Positions 60,221-64,000 of a DNA stretch of 64,000 nt are shown here, piece by piece; positions within the stretch are counted from its first letter, which is position 1, and each line of letters begins with the position of its first letter. The notes beneath the pieces are model-generated. The model was not told where the DNA came from, made no database searches, and was given only the letters and a program-made list of their open reading frames with translations. This DNA comes from Bacillota bacterium (lineage in GTDB: Bacteria; Bacillota; SHA-98; UBA4971). The stretch spans positions 10,052 to 74,051 of the forward strand of contig DAOSZN010000008.1 of assembly GCA_035593725.1 (NCBI GenBank), read 5' to 3'. The position numbers and the translations under genes are program-made.

Positions 60221-61299
60221 AGCTAATAGATGTTACGAAGATTTTTGGACATAGAGAGGCCGCGTCTGACAGCATTGTAGCAGTGAACGGAGTCTCACTC
60301 CGGCTTATCCAAGGCGAACTCCTGACTCTCTTAGGTCCGTCAGGATGCGGCAAGACGACTACTCTGCGCATGGTAGGTGGGTTCGAGACACCTACTTACG
60401 GCAGAATCTTATTAGACGGCAAGGTAATAAACGATGTCCCGCCACACAGACGCGATACCGCCATGGTGTTCCAAAGCTATGCTTTGTTTCCCCACTTGAC
60501 AGTATTTGAAAACGTAGCGTACGGGCTTCGCATGCGAAAAATGGACGCCTGCACTATATCAGCAAAGACGCGTCATGCTCTTAGTCTGGTGGGTCTGGAA
60601 GGCATGGAGGAACGGCCGCCCGGTTCATTGTCAGGCGGTCAACAGCAACGTGTAGCCTTGGCAAGGGCGCTCGTTGTAGAACCTAAAGTCCTTCTTTTAG
60701 ATGAGCCTCTTTCAAATCTCGATGCCAGACTTCGAGCTCAGATGAGGATTGAGATCAGAAAGATACAACAGGCTCTGAACATGACAAGCATGTACGTGAC
60801 GCATGACCAAGAAGAGGCGATGAGCCTTTCTGACCGGATTGCAGTGATGAACCATGGTCGAATTGAGCAGATTGGGACACCTCAAGATGTCTATGCTCGG
60901 CCGGCAAATAGGTTTGTCGCTGACTTCATGGGAAGCAAGACCACATTTCTTGATGGCACTGTCATGTCTCTTGACGGGGACCAAGTGAATGTACAGGTAT
61001 TAGACGCGGTGCTTCCGTTTGAGAAGGTTCCCGATATTGCTCCCGGGGACAAAGTTGAACTGGTGGTGCGTTCTGAGACAGTGGATATTGTGCCACCTGG
61101 AAAAGGAACCTTTCCGGCAAGAATCATTCACGCGGCATACTTTGGATCCCACGTATTATATGAGGTGGACCTCTTTGGCACGAATGTCACAGCGGAAATC
61201 CCTGATCCCCAAGAGCGAAATATGTTTTCTCGCGGGAGTGAAGTCGGGATTAATCTCAAGACCCGCAGCATCTATCTTTTGCGCAAGGTTATGAACTGA
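60202..61299 (+). CDS. ABC transporter ATP-binding protein (FbpC/AfuC type)
   Basis: GPSGCGKTT, LSGGQQQR, DEPLSNLD, YVTHDQEEA; ATG 60202 after AGGGGGG. Confidence 0.94.
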   Translation: MDRYSVELIDVTKIFGHREAASDSIVAVNGVSLRLIQGELLTLLGPSGCGKTTTLRMVGGFETPTYGRILLDGKVINDVPPHRRDTAMVFQSYALFPHLTVFENVAYGLRMRKMDACTISAKTRHALSLVGLEGMEERPPGSLSGGQQQRVALARALVVEPKVLLLDEPLSNLDARLRAQMRIEIRKIQQALNMTSMYVTHDQEEAMSLSDRIAVMNHGRIEQIGTPQDVYARPANRFVADFMGSKTTFLDGTVMSLDGDQVNVQVLDAVLPFEKVPDIAPGDKVELVVRSETVDIVPPGKGTFPARIIHAAYFGSHVLYEVDLFGTNVTAEIPDPQERNMFSRGSEVGINLKTRSIYLLRKVMN

Positions 61300-61338
61300 A
61301 AAGTTTCACGGTACATGCAAAAAAGGGAGCATATATTA

Positions 61339-62364
61339 TCAATGACTCTGTCCTAAGTTCAGCTGAACAGGCCTGCCCTTTGCCGCTGACTCATATGCTG
61401 CAATGGCAACTTCCAGTGCCTTCAGTCCGTCAAAGCCGCAGGCCGCAGGTTTTTGACCTTGGCGGATAGCGTAGACGAAGTCCTGAACGAGGAGGAGATC
61501 CATATTGTCCCCCCAGTTTCTGTATAGGACTTTCGGACCGGAGTCGTTGGCTTCGACTAAGACCTGCGCGAATACGTCTAAGGATATCACCCCTTCGGTC
61601 CCTACGATTTCCATAGTGACATCTCCCCATGTGGGGTAAGCCGTCGGCCTGGACCAACTGGGGTCAAGGGTCGCAAAAACCCCATTACGAAACTCCATCA
61701 GGAGCATACCACAATCATCAATATCAATATCATGCATCCTTGTGTCGACTTCCGCATAAACGGTTTTGACCTCATCATTCAAGAACCACCTGAGAAGATC
61801 CGCTACATGGACGGTATGATCAAGCACTGCCCCGCCGCCTGACAACTTCCGGTCAATAAACCAACCCCCTGGCATCCTACCGTGATTAGTGGCGCATACT
61901 GCTATTACCCGTCCTATCGCACCGGAGTCAATGAGTTCTTTGGTCCTTAAGACCGGTGGCGCATGTCTAACCGGAAATGCAGTGGCAAGAATTACCCCTT
62001 CACGCTCGCACTCTTCTATCATTGCTATTGCGTCTTCGGAGGTAGTTGCTATAGGTTTTTCGCATAGGATATGTTTACCTGCCTTAGCTGCTTGGATAAC
62101 TTCATCTCTGTGCTTTATATTTTCGGAACACACAATAACTGCATGGATATCAGCATCCAAAAGGTCTGAGAGAGAATCATAGTAATCGGTGTTATGCATG
62201 GCTGCTGCCGAAAGGCCGCGATTAGCGTTGTCATCATAGATTCCAATCAGCTCCGCACCGGGAATCTCACTGAGCGCGCGAGCGTAACTCGCTGCGTGCA
62301 TATGAGCGAAACTTATGATGCCGAAGCGTATCCTGTTCTTTCCGGCAAGTCCTTTTTGAGTCAT
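61339..62364 (-). CDS. Gfo/Idh/MocA-family oxidoreductase
   Basis: SFAHMHA, HILCEKP, AFPVRH, SGGGAVLDHTVH. Confidence 0.9.
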   Translation of the reverse strand: MTQKGLAGKNRIRFGIISFAHMHAASYARALSEIPGAELIGIYDDNANRGLSAAAMHNTDYYDSLSDLLDADIHAVIVCSENIKHRDEVIQAAKAGKHILCEKPIATTSEDAIAMIEECEREGVILATAFPVRHAPPVLRTKELIDSGAIGRVIAVCATNHGRMPGGWFIDRKLSGGGAVLDHTVHVADLLRWFLNDEVKTVYAEVDTRMHDIDIDDCGMLLMEFRNGVFATLDPSWSRPTAYPTWGDVTMEIVGTEGVISLDVFAQVLVEANDSGPKVLYRNWGDNMDLLLVQDFVYAIRQGQKPAACGFDGLKALEVAIAAYESAAKGRPVQLNLGQSH

Positions 62365-63344
62365 AGCTGCACCACCTCTTCGGTTTTCGCTGACTTAAGC
62401 GCGGCAAGGCTTATTTCCAGGGCGCGCAGGGCATCGTCAGGAGTCACTCGGGGTATTGTTTCACCGTCCACAAAAGCCAAAAACTCGCGGATTTCTCTGA
62501 GATATGGGTGCTTATCCTTAAGAGGGCTTTCAGGGACTGCTACTCCTTGCTTACCTGTATTCACATCTCCGGTTAAGACTGTAAGAGGCTGCGTTTTGCG
62601 GCTGTCTGACTCTATCATCCCAAGACTGCCACACACCTCGAATTTATAAGAGAACTGAGCAGGATGAGCCCAGCTTCCTTCAACATGGGCGATTACGCCG
62701 CATTTCATGCGGATAATAGCCACTGCATATTCAAGAGGCCTATCATGTCGCACGCTGCGAGCAAATACACGTTCTACATCACCGAAGCACCAAGCGAGGA
62801 AGTCAAAGTCATGTATAGATAGGTCCAAAAGGAGACTGCCGCTGCGTTTGTCGTCTAGGTACCAGTTTCCCCAGCCTTTAGGGAAAGGCCCTGTGCGGGA
62901 CATTCGAACTACGCCGATCTCTCCGAGTCTCCCTGAGGTTATCATGTCATGAGCCATTTCATACTCTGGAAAATAACGGAGCACATGGCCGATTCCAAAT
63001 TTCACATTGTTTTGTTTGCATGTCTCTGTCATTGCCTTAGCATCATTCGGGGTAAGGGCAATGGGTTTTTCACAGAAAACGTGTTTACCTGCGTGCGCAG
63101 CTTTTTCTACACACTCTCTGTGGAGGTATGTAGGGAGACATACATCAACTATATCGACTTTGGGGTCTTCGAGTGCTGCGTCCGGATGGACTTGAGGTAT
63201 GGCTCCGCACAAAGCCGCAATATTACGCGCTTTTTCCATGTCATGGTCAATAACATACTTCACTTCGGCTTCATCGCACTGCCTGTAGCAATCAGCATGC
63301 ATTCTTCCCATTGAACCTGCGCCCCAAATAGCCACTTGATGCAC
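62361..63344 (-). CDS. Gfo/Idh/MocA-family oxidoreductase
   Basis: GAGSMG, CLPTYLH, HVFCEKP, GHVLRYFPEY, SGSLLLDLSIHDFD; GTG start. Confidence 0.92.
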   Translation of the reverse strand: MHQVAIWGAGSMGRMHADCYRQCDEAEVKYVIDHDMEKARNIAALCGAIPQVHPDAALEDPKVDIVDVCLPTYLHRECVEKAAHAGKHVFCEKPIALTPNDAKAMTETCKQNNVKFGIGHVLRYFPEYEMAHDMITSGRLGEIGVVRMSRTGPFPKGWGNWYLDDKRSGSLLLDLSIHDFDFLAWCFGDVERVFARSVRHDRPLEYAVAIIRMKCGVIAHVEGSWAHPAQFSYKFEVCGSLGMIESDSRKTQPLTVLTGDVNTGKQGVAVPESPLKDKHPYLREIREFLAFVDGETIPRVTPDDALRALEISLAALKSAKTEEVVQL

Positions 63345-63614
63345 CTTGCGAACCTCCTCTGATTGTCAGTCTATTGGCGCCGATGCCGCGCATGATTGAT
63401 GTCTTAATGCGCGGATTTAGTAATTCTATAACTTCGACGTAAGGTGCCTTTAACCTTTTCTCTCCTACTGAATGGGAGACTGCCTTCTAATTGCCGGCTT
63501 AACCAGGTATTAACACCGCATAAAACAAGGTTACCCGGAGCGCCCTGTCGAATTCGCATTTGAAGACTTCATATTTCATGTCGTCACTTAATTTCTCATT
63601 TAGGAGGACAGTCG

Positions 63615-64000
63615 TTGAGGAAGAAAACATCGGAACTTTCTATTGCGCTTTTCATGCTCATAATCGGTGTGATCCTAACCGGTATAAAACCGGGTATAGG
63701 GTTCAGCAGCCAAGGTTCTATTCCTGCGTATTCGTCTTATGCGAGTGGACACGGCCCGGTGAATAATGATGGCGTGGCAAGTCATAGCGCCCGAGTAGGA
63801 GACTACAGCGTTGAGTTCAAGGAACAGCCGGGGGAGGGAAGCCGGAAGGAACCGGTTAAACCAATGATAAGGGATGGAGTCAAAAGTGAACCCTGTGCCA
63901 CCTATGTAATATACATAAATTGGGATGGATTTGCTTATCGGTATTATGAGTGGGCCAACAGCCCAGGCGGGCCCGGGACTCCTGTCCTGAATTACCTTGC
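63615..64000 (+). CDS. Partial secreted alkaline-phosphatase-superfamily (NPP/phosphodiesterase-like) protein, truncated by the window end
   Basis: Not in ORF track. TTG after AGGAGG; open frame MRKKTSELSIALFMLIIGVILTG...YVIYINWDGFAYRYYEWA..PGTPVLNYL, matching the 'V+LIxxDG...TP.L' start of this fold. Confidence 0.65.
   Translation, partial: MRKKTSELSIALFMLIIGVILTGIKPGIGFSSQGSIPAYSSYASGHGPVNNDGVASHSARVGDYSVEFKEQPGEGSRKEPVKPMIRDGVKSEPCATYVIYINWDGFAYRYYEWANSPGGPGTPVLNYL

Noticed and set aside
63375-63389. TGGCGC-N-GC spaced like a sigma-54 -24/-12 promoter
   Set aside because: The -12 element is CCGC rather than TTGC, and no enhancer-binding protein gene is nearby.

Overview
This is a chromosomal segment of a spore-forming-lineage Bacillota (Firmicute), roughly 48-50% GC by eye, in two halves. 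The first ~30 kb is a housekeeping backbone: the end of an Opp/Dpp-type ABC operon, a GlcNAc salvage block (PHP phosphatase, BadF-type kinase, nagA, nagB), rapZ-yvcK-[inverted spmAB]-whiA-rpoN, cggR-gap-pgk-tpiA-eno (no gpmI), and secG-hppA-HD protein-smpB-ssrA. Embedded in it is a non-canonical alpha-glucan cluster: an Rv3032-like GT4, an NDP-sugar pyrophosphorylase fused to a degenerate phosphomutase, DUF4912, and two different GH57 branching-enzyme subtypes. After the tmRNA gene comes ~34 kb of accessory metabolism. My best reading of ~37-64 kb is an organophosphate-sugar scavenging and catabolic locus, most plausibly for inositol phosphates/phytate. It holds a secreted Kelch-FN3-metallophosphoesterase fusion, an ABC importer with a recently duplicated binding protein (79% identical copies), an AfuA-like sugar-phosphate ABC importer, a sugar/inositol-type ABC importer, Thermotoga IolK- and IolO-like enzymes, two more TIM-barrel enzymes, a LarA-family nickel-pincer epimerase with an Fe-S aldo/keto reductase, two Gfo/Idh/MocA dehydrogenases, RpiR and GntR regulators, and a truncated alkaline-phosphatase-family gene missing from the ORF track. 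I found no CRISPR array, integrase, transposase, rRNA or tRNA. All family assignments come from motif recognition and recalled homolog sequences, not database searches, and need confirmation.
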